Positions 1-13,013 of a stretch of 35,906 nt of DNA are shown here, piece after piece; position 1 is the stretch's first letter; each line of letters opens with the position of its first letter. This DNA is from Chiloscyllium plagiosum (Eukaryota). The notes beneath the pieces were generated by a model, which saw only the letters and a list, made by a program, of their open reading frames with translations, searched no databases and had not been told where the DNA came from. The stretch is from positions 1 through 35,906 of the forward strand of contig NW_025215369.1 in NCBI RefSeq assembly GCF_004010195.1, read 5' to 3'. The position numbers were made by a program, and so were the translations under genes.

Positions 1-1195
1 TAACGTCAATTATTAGCCGAGCATTTCCATAAAGATCCTGTAATGTTCTATGTTTTATGAGTCTAACTATCTTTATTAGCTGTGTGGTTCCATAAAGGGC
101 TCTATTGCGCTGTCATGTTCTATGTTGTATTAGTGTAACTTCCTTTATTAGTCGAGGGGTTCCATTTAGAGACTGTAATGTGATTGTTCTGTGAGTCTAA
201 CTTCCTTTATGAGCCACGTTGTCCCATAAAGGGCCTGCACTGCGCTGAAATGTTCTATTTCTACCAAGCTAACTTCCTGTATTAGCCGAGCAATTTCATA
301 AAAGGCCTGTACTGCACTGTAATAATCTATGTTGTAATAGTCGAACTTCCTTTATTAATCGAGAGGTTCCATAAAGTGACTGTATTGCGCTGAAATGTGA
401 TTTTAAATGTGAGTCTAACTTCCTTTATGAGCGACGTGGTCCCATAATGTGCCGTAACGTTGTATTTCTACCTGTCTAACTTCCTGTCTTCGCCAAGCGG
501 TTTTTTAAAAGGCCTGTACTGCACCGTAATGTTCTATGTTCTGTGTGTCCAACCTCCTGTAATCGCCGTGAGATTTCATAAAGGGCTTCGATTGCGGGGT
601 AATGTTCTTTGTTCTCTGAATGTAATCCTCATTATTAGCCGTTCTAGGGAGGGCCTGTAATGAGCTGGAGTTGTGTATGTTCTATGAGTGTAACTTTCTT
701 TATTAGTGAAGTGGTTCCACAAAGGGCCTGTTCTGTGCTGTCATATTTTATGTTCTATGAGTCTAACTTCCATTATTAGTGAAGTGGTTCCATAAAGGGC
801 CTGTACTGCACTGTGATGTTCTGTGTTTTATGTGTCTAACGTCCTTGATTTGCCGAGTGGTTCCACAAAGGGCCTGTACTGCGCTGTAATGTTCTATGTT
901 CTATGAGTGTAAATTTCTCCATTAGCCGAGAGTTCCATAGAGAGCCTGTACTACACTGTAATATTCTATGATATTAGGCTAAATTCCTTTATCAGCCGAA
1001 CGATTCCATCGAGGGTCTGTACTGGGCTATAATGTTCTGAGTTCTATGAGTCTAACTTGCTTTATAATCCAATCGGTTCCATAAAGGACTTGTACTGCGC
1101 TATGATGTGCTATGTTCTATGAGTCAATTTTATTTTATTATCCCAGGGGTTCCATGAAGGGCCTGTATGGTGTTGTAATGTTGCATGTTGTATTA

Positions 1196-1376
1196 GGAGA
1201 ACGTGAGGACTGCAGATGCTGGAAATCAGAGCTGAAAAATGTGTTGCTGGAAAAGCGCAGCAGGCAAGGAAGCATCCAAGGAGCCGGAGAATCGACGTTT
1301 CGGGCATTAGCCTGAAGAAGGGCTTATGCCCGAAACGTCGATTCTCCTGTTCCTTGGATGCTGCCTGACCTGCTGC
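1196..1376. mobile_element. Penelope-like pLTR insertion with internal inversion (foldback) and HHR core
   Basis: A minus-orientation pLTR flips at ~1311 to plus orientation (CTGAAGAAGGGCTTATGCCCGAAACGTC, 1312-1339). TSD TGCATGTTGTATTAGG at 1182-1197 and 1374-1389. Confidence 0.88.
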
Positions 1377-2090
1377 ATGTTGTATTAGGCTGACTTCCTG
1401 TATTTGTCAACGCATTCCATAAAGTGCCTGTACTGTGCTGTAATGTTCTACGTTCTATGAGTGTAACTCTCATTATTAGCCATTCCATAATTGGCCTGAA
1501 CTGCGCTGTGATGTTCTATTTTCTGTCAGTGTAACTTTCATTATTAGCCGAGCAGTTCCATAAGGGGCCTGTACTGTGCTTTAATGTTCTATTTCTGCCA
1601 GTCTAACATCCTGTATTAACTGAGTGGTTTCATAATTGTCCTGCACTGCGCTGTAATGATCTATGTTGTATAAGTCTAACTTCCTTTATTAGTCAAGAGT
1701 TTCCAGAAATGAACTGTATTGCGCTCTAATGTGATTTGTTCTGTGAGTCTAACTTCCCTTATGAGCCAAGTGGTTCCATAAATGGCCATTACTCCCAGTC
1801 TGAATTCTTGCATTAGCTGAGCAGTTTCATAAAAGGCCTGTACTTATGAGCCAAGTGATTCCATAAATGGCCATTTCTCCAAGTCTGACTTCCTACATTA
1901 GCCGAGCAGTTTCATAAAAGGCCTGTACTACGATGTAATGTTCTATGTTCTATGTGTCTAAATTCTTGTAACAGCCGAGAGATTTCACAAAGGTCCACTA
2001 CTGCACGGTAATGTTCTATGTTTTCTAAGTATAATTCTCATTATTAGCCGTTCCATAGAGGGCCTGCACTGTAATGTTGTACGTTCTAGG

Positions 2091-3270
2091 TTACAAACCC
2101 ACCGAGTCCGACAGCTACCTGAATTCCACCTCTTCCCACCCCACCTCCTGCAAAAATGCCATCCCGTATTCCCAATTCCTCCGCCTCTGCTGTATCTGCC
2201 CCCAGGAGGACCAGTTCCACCACAGAATGCACCAGATGTCCTCCTTCGAAAGAGATCGTAATTTCCCTTCTCACGTGGTTGAAGATGCCCTCATCCCGCA
2301 CCTCCACCCTCAACCTCCCCTCCCCAACCATAACAAGGACAGAAAACCCCTGGTCCTCACTTTCCACCCTACCAACCTTCACATTAACCGTATCATCCGC
2401 CAACATTTCCGCCTCCTCCAAATGGACCCCACCACCAGGGATCTATTTCCCTTCCCACCCCTTTCCACTTTCCGCAAAGACCGTTCCCTCCATGACCACC
2501 TGGTCAGGTCCACACACCCCAGCAACCCACCCTCCCCTTCTAGCACGTTCCCCTGCCACCGCAGGAGTTGCAAAACCTCCGCCCACACCTCCTCTCCCAC
2601 CAACATCCAAGGCCTCAAAAGAGCCTTCCACATCCATCAAACTTTCACTTACACAACCATCAATGTCATTTACTGTGTCCGTTGCTCCAGATGCGGTCTC
2701 CTCTGCATTGGGGATACTGGACTCCTCCTCACAGCTCGCTTCCAGGACATCCGCAGCAATCAACCCCACCACCCCGTGGCCCAACATTTCAACTGCCCGT
2801 CCCACTCGGTTGAGGACATGCAGGTCCTGGACTTCCTTTACTGCTGCTCCCTCACCACACAGCACCTGGAGGAAGAACACCTCATCTTCCGCCTCGGAAC
2901 ACTTCAACCCCAGCGCATCAATGTGGATTTCACCAGTTTCCTCATTTCCTCTCCCCTTATCTTACCTCAGTTCCAACCTTCCAGCTCAACACCGTCCTCA
3001 TGACCTGTCCTACCTGCCAATCTTCCTTTCCACCTATCCGCTCCACCCTCCTCTCTGTCCTCGCACCTCCATCCCCACCCCCATTCAACTATTGTAAACT
3101 TTCCTTCCTTCTACCGAGCCCCACCACCCCACTCCCGATTTATCTCTCCACGCTGGAGGTTTCCTGCCTCTATTCCTGATGAAGGGCTTTTGCCCGAATG
3201 GTCGACTTTCCTGCTCTTCGCATGCTGCCTGACCTGGAGTGCTTTTCCAGCACCACTCCCATCTAAACTC
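2091..3270 (+). mobile_element. 5'-truncated Penelope-like retroelement (RT C-terminus, GIY-YIG endonuclease, pLTR)
   Basis: ORF 2074-3003 has YKPTESDSYLNSTSSHP (RT thumb-like) and VIYCVRCSRCGLLCIGDTG (degenerate GIY-YIG). The 3' pLTR has a mutated HHR core near 3176-3203. Confidence 0.92.
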
Positions 3271-4311
3271 TGTTCTATGAGTCTAACTTCCTTTAATAGC
3301 TGAGCGGTTCCATAAAGGGCCTGTACTGCGCTTTAATGCTCTACGTTCTTTGAGTCTGACCTCCTTTATTAGCCGAGTGGTTCCATAAAGGGCCTAGACT
3401 GCGCTGAAATGCGGTATGTTCTAGGAATCTAAATTCCTTTATAAGCCACACGGTTCCATAAAGGGTCTGCACTTCGCTGTTATGTTTGAAGTTGTATTAT
3501 TCTAACTTCTTTTATTAGCCAAGCAGTTCCGTAAAGGCCTGTACTGCACTATCATGTTCTACGTTCTAAAAGTCTAACTTCCTTTCCTGGTCAATCAGTT
3601 CCGTAATGATCCTGTAAGACACTGTGATATTCCATGTTCCATGTTCTAAATGGCCTGAACTGCGCTGTAATGTTCTATTTGCTGTGAGTGTAACTTCCTG
3701 TATTAGCCGAGCGGTTCCATAAAAGGCCTGAATTGCACTGCCATACTCCATATTCTATACGTCTAATGTCCGTTATGAGCTGAGCGATTCCATAAATGGC
3801 CTGTACTGATCTGTAATGTTCTATGTTCTGAGTCTAAATTCATTTACTCACCGAGCACTTCCACAAAAACACCTGTACTGCGCTGTAATGTTCTATGTTG
3901 CATTAGTCTAATGTCCTTTATTCGTCGAACGGTTCCATTAAGGCCCTGTACTGCGCTTTAATGTTCGATGGTCCGTTAGTCTAACTTCCTTTATCAGCTG
4001 AGCGATTCCATAAAGGGCTTGTACTGCGCAATAATGTGTTTTGTTCTTTGAGTCAAACTTCCTTTATTAGCCGAGGGGTTCCATAAAGAGCCTGTATGGC
4101 GCTGTAACATTATATGTTGTACTAGTCTGAATACCTCTACTAGCCGAGGGATTCCATAATGGGCGTGTGCTGTGCTGTAAATTTCTATGTTCTCTGAGTC
4201 TAACTCTCATTATTAGGCGTTCCATACTGCGCCTGTACTGCGCTATAATGTTTAAAGTTCTGTCAGTGTAATCTTCATTATTAGCCAAGTGGTTCCATAT
4301 AGGGACCGTAC

Positions 4312-5711
4312 ACCGACACACTCATTCATTTGGCTGAACAGGTCCTCACCCTTAACAATTTCTCCTTCGAATCCTCCCATTTCGTCCAGACCAAAGTGGT
4401 AGCCATGGGAACCTCTATGGTCCCCAGCTATGCCTGTCTCTTTGTTGGCTACGTAGAACAGTCCACCTTCCATAGTTACACCGGCACCACTCCCCACCTC
4501 TTCCTCCGTTACATTGATGACTGCATTGGCGCCACCTCGTGCTCCCATGAGGAGGTTGAGCAGTTGATCAACTTCATCAACACATTCCACCCCGACCTTA
4601 AATTCATCTGGACATTCTCTGACACCTCCTTCCTCTTCCTGGACCTATCCATCTCCATTAAAGACGACCGACTTGACACTGACAGGTTTGACAAACCCAC
4701 CAACTCCCAAAGGTACCTGGATTACACTTCTTCCCACCCTACCTCCTCCAATTCGTCCGTCTCTGCCATATCTGCTCCCAAGAGGACTCGTTCCATCACA
4801 GAACACACCAGATGGCCTCCTTCTTTAAAGACAATAGTTTGCCTTCCCACGTGGTTAAAGATACCCTCCAACGCATCTCGTCCACATCCTGCCCCTCCAC
4901 CCTCAAACCCCACCCCTCTAACCATAACAAGGACAGAACCTCCTGGTGCTCAGCTTCCACCATACCAACCTTCGCATAAACCACATCATCCGGCGACATT
5001 TCGACCACCTACAAACGGTCCCCACCACAAGGGATATATTTCCCGGCCCACCAATTTCCGATTTCCGCAAAGACCATTCCCTCCGTGACTANNNNNNNNN
5101 NNNNNNNNNNNNNNNNNNNNNNNNNNNNNNNNNNNNNNNNNNNNNNNNNNNNNNNNNNNNNNNNNNNNNNNNNNNNNNNNNNNNNNNNNNNNNNNNNNNN
5201 NNNNNNNNNNNNNNNNNNNNNNNNNNNNNNNNNNNNNNNNNNNNNNNNNNNNNNNNNNNNNNNNNNNNNNNNNNNNNNNNNNNNNNNNNNNNNNNNNNNN
5301 NNNNNNNNNNNNNNNNNNNNNNNNNNNNNNNNNNNNNNNNNNNNNNNNNNNNNNNNNNNNNNNNNNNNNNNNNNNNNNNNNNNNNNNNNNNNNNNNNNNN
5401 NNNNNNNNNNNNNNNNNNNNNNNNNNNNNNNNNNNNNNNNNNNNNNNNNNNNNNNNNNNNNNNNNNNNNNNNNNNNNNNNNNNNNNNNNNNNNNNNNNNN
5501 NNNNNNNNNNNNNNNNNNNNNNNNNCCCCCATTCACCTATTGTACTCTATTTCACTTTCGCCCCGCTCCACCCCTGTATCATTTATCTCTCCACTCTGCA
5601 GGCACCCTGCCTTTATTCCAGATGAAGGGCTTTTGCCAGAAACGTCGATTTACCTTCTCCTCGGATGCTGCTTGACCTGCTGCGCTTTTCCAGCATCACT
5701 CTAATCTAAAC
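4312..5711 (+). mobile_element. Penelope-like retroelement fragment with RT core (spans an assembly gap)
   Basis: ORF 4330-5088 has QTKVVAMGT...PSYACLFVG, LFLRYIDD and FLDL. It is frameshifted after YTSSHP. A pLTR with a degenerate HHR lies at ~5616-5650. Confidence 0.93.
5092..5525. other. Assembly gap (N run)
   Basis: Run of N. Confidence 1.
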
Positions 5712-8700
5712 TGCGCTGTCATAGTCTATGTTGTAATAGTCTAACTTCCTTAATCAGCCGAGCCATTCCATCAAGGGCCAGTACTGCACTTTAATGCTCT
5801 CCGTTCTATAAGTCTAACTTCTTTCATTAACCAAGCGGTTCCCTAAATGGCCTTTACTTCGCTGTCATATTCTGTGTTCTATGAATCTAGCTTTCAGTAT
5901 TAGCCAAGCGGTTCCATAAAGACCCTGTACTGCACTGTGATGTTCTATGTTCTATTGGTGTAACTTCCTTTGTTAGCTGAGCGGATCCATAAAGGGCCTG
6001 TAATGCGCTGTCATCTTCTTAATGTTCTACGAGTGTAACTTTCTGTATTAGCCGAACAGTTCCATAAAGGGCCTGTACTGCGCTGTAATATTCTTCATGA
6101 TCTATGAGTGAAACTTCCTTTATTAGCCAAGGGGTTCCATAAAGGGCCTGTACTGCGCTGTGATGTTCAATGTTCTATGAGTCAAACTTCCTTTATTAGC
6201 CCAGGGGTTCCATAAAGGGCCTGTATGGTGCTTTCTGTATTCGTCAGACTTCCTGTTTTTGCCGAGGCGTTACATAAAGTGCCTATACTGTGTTGTAATG
6301 TTCTATGTTGTCTCAGTGTAATTTTCATTATTAGCCGTTCCATAAATGGCCTGTACTGCGCTGTTATAGTCTATGTTGTATTAATCTAACTTCCTTAATC
6401 AGCCGAACAGTTCCAACAAGGGCCTGTATTGCGCTGTCATGTTCTAAGTTCTATGAGTCTAACTTTTTTTATTAATCGAACGGTTCCATAAAGGGTCTGT
6501 AATGTGCTGTCATATTCTATCAGTGTAAATTTCTCTCCGAGCCAAGTGGTTCCATAAAAGGGCGTGTGCTGCGCTGTCATATTCTATGCTGTATTAGTCA
6601 AACGTCTGTATTAGCCGACCGGTTCCATAAAGGCCCTGTACTGAGCTGTGATGTTCTGTGTTTTATGTGTCAAACTTCCTCGATTTGCCGATTCTTTCCA
6701 CAAAAGGCCTGTACTGAGCTGTGGTGTGCTATGTTCTATGAGTCAAATTTCCTTTATTTGCCAAGTGGTTCCATAAAGGTCCTGTACTACGCTGTAATGC
6801 TCTATGTTGTACTTGTCTAACTTCTTTCATTAACTGAATGGTTCCATAAAGGTCCTGTGGTACGCTGAAATGTTCTGTGTTGTATTGGTCCAACTTCTCT
6901 TTATTAGCCGAGCACTTCCAAAAAGGCTCTGTACTGCGCTGTAATATTCTATGTTCTCTGAATGTCACTTCCTTTATTAGCTGAGCAGTTCCACAAAAGG
7001 ACTGTACTGTGTTGCAATGTTCTATGTTCTATTTGTCTAACTTCCTGTAATAGCCGAGTGGTTTCATAAAGGTCCTCTACAGCGCAGTAATGTACTATGT
7101 TCTCTGAGTGTAACTCTCATTATTAGCCATTCCACAGTGGGTCTGTACTGCGCTGTAATGTTGTATGTTCTATGAGTCTAACTTGCTTTATTATCCAAGC
7201 GGTTCCCTAAAGGGCCTGTACTGAGCTGTGATGTTCTTAATGTTCTATGAGTGTAGCTTTTTTTTATTGGCCGAACGGTTGCATAAAGGGCCTGTACTGC
7301 GCTTTAATGCTCTACCTTCTATGAATTTAACTTCCTTTATTAGCCGAGCAGTCCTTAAAGCTCTGTACTGCTCTGTAATGTTCTATGTTCTATGAGTTTA
7401 ACTTCCTTTGCTCGTCAAACGGTTCCATAAAGAGCATGTACTGCACTGTAATGTTCTATGCTGTATTAGTCTCATGTCCAGTATTAGCCGAGTGGATCCA
7501 TAAAGGGCCTGTACTGTGCTGTAATGCTGTATGTTCTATGAGTCTAACTTCCTTTATTAGCTGACGGTTCCATAAAGGGCCTATACTGCGTTGTAATATT
7601 CTTAATGTTCTGTGAGTGTTACTTCATTTATTATGAGAGCAGTTCCATAAAGGGTCTGTGATACGCTGTCATATTCTATGTTCTATGAGTCTAACCTTCT
7701 TTATGAGCCGAAAAGTTCCATAAAGGGCCTGTACAACACTGTACTGTTGTGTGTTGTATTAGTCTGACCTCCTGTATTTGCCGAGGCGTTCCATAAAGGG
7801 CTTGTACTGTGCTGTAATGTTCGATATTCTGTCAGTGTAACTTTCATTATTAGCCAAGCGTTTCCATAAAGGCCTGTATTGCGCTGTTATAGTCTATGTT
7901 GTAATAGTCCAATTTCCTTAATCAGCCGAGCAGTTTCATCAAGGGCCTGTAATGCGCTGTAATGTTCTAAGTTCGATGAGTCCAACTTTCTTTATTAGCC
8001 GAACGGTTCCATAAAGTGCCTGTACTGCGCTCTAATATTCGCAACGTTCTATGAGGGTTACATCCTTTATTATGCGTTTGTTTCCATTAAGAGCCCGTGC
8101 TGTGCTGTCATATTATAAGTTCTATGAGTCTAATTTTCTTTATTAGCCAATCGGTTCCAGAAAGGCCCTGTACTGCGCTGTGATGTGTTATACTCTTTGT
8201 GTCAAACGTCCATTATTAGTCGAATGGTTCCATAAAGGGCCTGTACTGTGTTGTAATGTTTTATGTTGTGTTCGTCATAGTTCTGTTATCAGCAGAACGA
8301 TTCCATAGAGAGTCTGTACTTTGCTGCAATGTTCTGAGTTCTATGAGTCTAACTTGCTTGATAATCCAAGCGGTTCCATAAACGGCCTGTACTGCGCTGT
8401 GGTGGCCGATGTTCTATGAGTCAAGCTTCCTTCATTAGCCCAAGGGTTCCATAAAGGGCCAGTATGATGCGGTAATATTACATGTTCTATTAGTTCGACT
8501 TCCTGCATTTGCCAAGGTGTTCCATAAAGTGTCTGTTCTGTGCTGTCATGTTCTATGTTCTATGAGTGTAACTCTCATTATGAGCCATTCCATAAAGGGC
8601 CTGTACTGCGCTGTAATGTTTTATGTTCTGTCAGTATAACTTTCATTATTAGCCGAACGGCTCCGTAAAAGGCCTGTACTGCGCTGTTATAGTCTATGTT

Positions 8701-8758
8701 GTAATAGTCTAACTTCCACTAAGGTCCTGTCCTGTGCTGTAATGTTTTACGTTCTATG

Positions 8759-9566
8759 CTTCTGGATTAGTGGTGCTGGAAGATCACAGCAGTTCAGGCA
8801 GCATCCGAGGAGCAGTAAAATCGACGTTTCGGTCAAAAGCCCTTCATCAGGAATAAAGGCAGAGAGCCTGAAGCGTGGAGAGATAAGCTAGAGGAGAGTG
8901 GGGGTGGGGAGAAAGTAGCATAGAGTACAATAAGTGAGTGGGGAAGGAGACGAAGGTGATAGGTCGGGGCCGGGGGAAGGGTGGAAAAGAAGATAGTCAG
9001 GTAGGACAAGTCATGGGGACAGAGCTGAGCTGGAAGTATGGAACTAGGGTCAGGAGGGGGGATGGGGAAATGAGGAAACTGTTGATGTCCACATTGCTGC
9101 CCTGGGGTTGAAGTATTCCAAGGTGGAAGATGAGGCGTTCTTCTTCCAGGCGTCTGGTGGTGAGGGAGCGATGGTGAATGAGGCCCAGGACCTCCATGTC
9201 CTTGGCTGAGTGGGAGGGGGAGTTGAAATGTTGGGCCACGGGACAGTGGGGTTGATTGGTGCGGGTGTCCCGGAGATGTTCCCTAAAGCACTCTGCTAGG
9301 AGGCATCCAGTCTCCCCAATGTAGAGGAGACCGCATCGGGATCAACGGATACAATAAATGATATTAGTGGATGTGCAGGTAAACCTTTGATGGATGTAGA
9401 AGGCTCCTTGGATGGAGGTGAGGGAGGAGATGTGGGCGCAGGTTTTGAAGTTCCTGCGAGGGCAGGGGAAGGTGCCAGGATGGGAGGGTTGGTTGTAGGG
9501 GGGCATGGACCTGACCATGTAGTCACGGAGGGAACGGTACCTGATCTGCAATCATTGTTTTTACCT
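8759..9566 (-). mobile_element. 5'-truncated Penelope-like element (GIY-YIG and pLTR with HHR) with a short inverted pLTR tip
   Basis: The minus strand encodes FTCTSTNIIYCIR...AQHFNSPSHS. HHR CTGATGAAGGGCTTTTGACCGAAACGTC at ~8823-8850 (minus). TSD TACGTTCTATG (8748-8758) / TACATTCTATG (9568-9578). Confidence 0.92.
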
Positions 9567-9724
9567 CTACATTCTATGAGTCTAACTTGCTTTATTATCC
9601 AAGCGGTTCTATAAAGGACCTCAACTGTCTGTAATGCTCTATGTTCTATGAGTCTAACTTCCTTTATCAGCCAAGGGATTCTATAAAGGGCCTGTACTGC
9701 GCTGTAATGTTCTATTTTCTATGT

Positions 9725-9803
9725 GGAGAAAGTGAGGTCTGCAGACGCTGGAGATCAAAGCTGAAACTTTATTGCTGGAACAGCACAGCAGGTCAGGCAG
9801 CAT
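9725..9803 (-). mobile_element. ~78-bp Penelope pLTR tip
   Basis: Matches the start of the 15909 element. TSD TCTATTTTCTATGTG at 9711-9725 and 9803-9817. Confidence 0.9.
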
Positions 9804-10504
9804 CTATTTTCTATGTGTCTAACATTCCTTATTAGCTGAGCTGTTCCATAAAGGGCTTGAACTACACTGTCATATTCTATGTTCTAAAAGTCTAATTTCC
9901 TTTGATAGCAGAGCAGTTTGATGAAATATGTGTACTGCGCTGTAATGCTTTATGTTGTAATGGTCAAACTTTTTTTATTAGCTGAGCGGTTCCATGAAGG
10001 GTCTGTGCTGCACTGTAATGTTCTGTGTTGTATTAGTGCAACTACTCTTTATTAGCCGAGCAGTTCCATAAAAGGCCTGTACTGTGCTGTCATGTTCTAT
10101 GTTGTATTAGTCTCATGTCCAGTATTAGCCGAGTGGATCCATAAAGGACTTGTATTGTGCTGTCATGTTCGAAGTTGTATTAGTCTAACTTCCTTTATTA
10201 GCCGAGTGGTTCCATAAAGGGCCTGTACTGGGCTGTAATGTGCTTTGTTCTATGTGTCAAACTTCATTTATTATTCGAGCGATTCCATAAAATGATGTAA
10301 TGTTGTATGTTGTATTAGTCTAACTTCATTTATTAGCTGACGGCTTTTACTGCGCTGTAATTATCTGTGATCTAAGAGTCTAAGTTGCTTTATTAGCCAA
10401 GCGTTTCTATAAATGGCCTGTATTGTGCTGTCATGTTCTGTGTTGCTTTAGTCATACTTCCTTTATCAGCCGAACAGTCCCATAAAGTCTCATATGTTCT
10501 ATGA

Positions 10505-10664
10505 GGAGAAAGTGAGGACTGCAGATGTTGGAGTACCAGAGTTGAAAAATATGGTGCTGGAAAAACACAGCAGCCCAGGCAGCATCCGAGGAGCAGGAGA
10601 ATCGACGTTTCGGGCATAAGCCCTTCTTCAGAAAGAAGGGCTTATGTGCGAAACGTCGATTCTC
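10505..10664 (-). mobile_element. Penelope pLTR insertion with HHR and an inverted partial HHR copy
   Basis: Minus-strand HHR core at ~10604-10631 is followed by its partial inverse AGAAGGGCTTATGTGCGAAACGTCGATTCT. TSD TATGTTCTATGAG at 10493-10505 and 10665-10677. Confidence 0.88.
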
Positions 10665-13013
10665 TATGTTCTATGAGTCTAACTTCCTTTATTAACCAAG
10701 CGATTCTGTAAAGTGCCTGTACTGCACTGTGATTAGTCTCACTTCCTTTGTTAGCTGAGCGCTGTCATGTCCTTCATGTTCCACGTGTTATTAGCCGAAT
10801 GGTTCAATAAACGGCCTATATTATAAACGCTGTCATATTCTATGTTGTATGAGTTTAATGCCTAGTACTAGCGACCAGTTCCATAAAGGCCCTGAAATGC
10901 GTTGTAATGTTCTATGTTGTATTAGTTTAACATCCGTTATTATCCGAGTGGTTCTATAAAGGGCCTGTACTGCTCTGTAATATGCTGTGTGGGATTACTC
11001 TAACTTTTTTAATGATCTATGAGTCTAATTTCCTTTATTAGGCGATTGTTTCCATAAAGGTCCTGTACTGCATTGTCATGTTCGAAGTTGTATTAGTCTA
11101 ACTTCCTTTTTGAGCCGTGCAGTTCCATAAAGGGCATGTACTGTGCTTTAATGTGTTATGTTCTACGAGTCAAACTTCATTTATTAGTCGAGTGATTCCA
11201 TATAGTGATGTAACGTTATATGTTGTATTAGTCTAACTTCATTTATTAGCTGAGGGGTTCGATAAATGGCCTGTACTGCGCTGTAATGTTCTACGTTCTA
11301 TGAGTCTAACTTCCTTTATTAGCCAAGCGGTACTATAAAGGGCCTGTACTGCGCCGTGATGCTCTTTGTTCTATTAGTCTAACTTCCTTTGTTAGCTGAG
11401 CAGTTCCATAAAGAGCAAGCACTGAGCTGTCATGTTCTTAATGTTGAAGAATATCACTTTCTTGATAAGCCGAACGGTTCCATAAAAAGCTGTAATGCTT
11501 TATGTTCTATGAATCTAACGTCCATTATTAGCCAAGTTGTTCCACAAAGGACCTGTTGTGTGCTGTAATGTTCTATGTTCTGTCAGTCTAACGTACATTA
11601 TTAACTGAGCGGTTCCATAAAGGGGCTGTACTGTGCTGTCATAGTCTAGGTTGTATTCGTCCAATGTCCTTTATGAGCCTAATGGTTACATAAAGGGCCT
11701 GTAATGCGCTGTAATTCTCTACGTTGTACGAGTCGAACTTCCTTTATGTGCCGAGCGGGTCCAGAAAGGGCCTGCACTGCGTTGTAATGTTATTTGCTCT
11801 CTGAGTCTAACTTCCTTTATTCGCCAAGTGGTTCCATAAGTGGCCTGTACTGCGCTGTTATGATCTATGCTGTATTAGTCTAATGTCAGTTATTAACTGA
11901 GCGGTTTCATAAAGGGCCTGGACTGAGTTGTCATGTTAAAAGTTGTATTAGTCTAACTTCCTTTATTACCTGTACTGCGCTGTAATTATCTATGTTGCAT
12001 TAGTCTAACTTCCTCTATCAGCCGAGTGGTTCCATAAGGGGCCTGTACTGCGCTGTAATGTTCGATGTTCTATGAATCTAAATTCCTTTATGAGCCGAGC
12101 GGTTCCATAAAGAGTATGCAGTGCGCTGTTATGTTCTATGAGTCTAACTTGCTGTATTTTCTGAGCGGTTCCATAAAGCGCCGTACTGCGTTGTATTGAT
12201 CTGTGTTGTATTAATCTAAGTTCCTCTGTTAGCTGTGCACTTCCAGAATGGCCTGTACTGCGCTGTAATATCTATGTTCTATGAGTCTAACTTCCGTTAT
12301 TACCCTGCGGTTTCAGAAAGGGCTTGAGTCACGCTGCAATGCTCTACGTTATGTGAGTCTAACTTCCTTTATTTGCTGAGCAGTTCCATAGAACGCCTGT
12401 ACTGCCCTGTCATGTTCTAAGTTGTATTAGTCCAACTTCCTTTATCAGCCGAGCAGTTCAATAAAGGGCTTGTACTGCACTGGAATGTTCCATGTTCTAT
12501 GAGTCTAACTTCATTCATTTCCCGAGCAGTTAATAAAGGGCGTGTACTTTGTTGTGATGTTCTATGAAATAGGGGTCTAACTTCCTACATTAGCCTAATG
12601 GTTCCATAAAGGGCCTGTACTGCACTGAAGTGTTCTTTGTTATATGAGTGTAACTTCCATAATTAGCTGGGCGGTTTCATAAATGATCTGTACTGTGCTG
12701 AAATTATTTATGTTGGATAAGTCTAACTTCCTTAATCAGCCAAGTGGTTCACTAAAGGGCCTGCACTGCGCTGTAGTGGTCTATGTTGTATTGGTCTAGC
12801 TTCTTTAATTAGCCGAGTGGTTCCATAAAGGGCCTGTGTTGCACTGTCCTGTTCTATGTTGTAGTGGTCTAACTTGTTTTATTAACTGAGCGGTTCCATA
12901 AAGGGACTGTATTGCTCTGTAACGTAATATGCCATATGAGGCAACATTCTGTATTATCTGAGCGTGTCTATAAAGGGCCTGCACTGCGCTGTAATGTTCT
13001 ATGTTCTATGAGT

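Noticed and set aside
2074..3003. 309-aa ORF as a functional gene
   Set aside because: It starts in satellite sequence, lacks the RT core and has a damaged GIY-YIG with deletions. It is a truncated element.
3172..3207. Functional HHRs at ~3176, ~5618, ~25160, ~29377 and ~30021
   Set aside because: Core or stem nucleotides are mutated (for example GAATGGTC, CCAGATGA, CCGGATGA), so they are treated as relics.
4946..5704. ORFs spanning N runs (also 27923-28358)
   Set aside because: Artefacts of assembly gaps.
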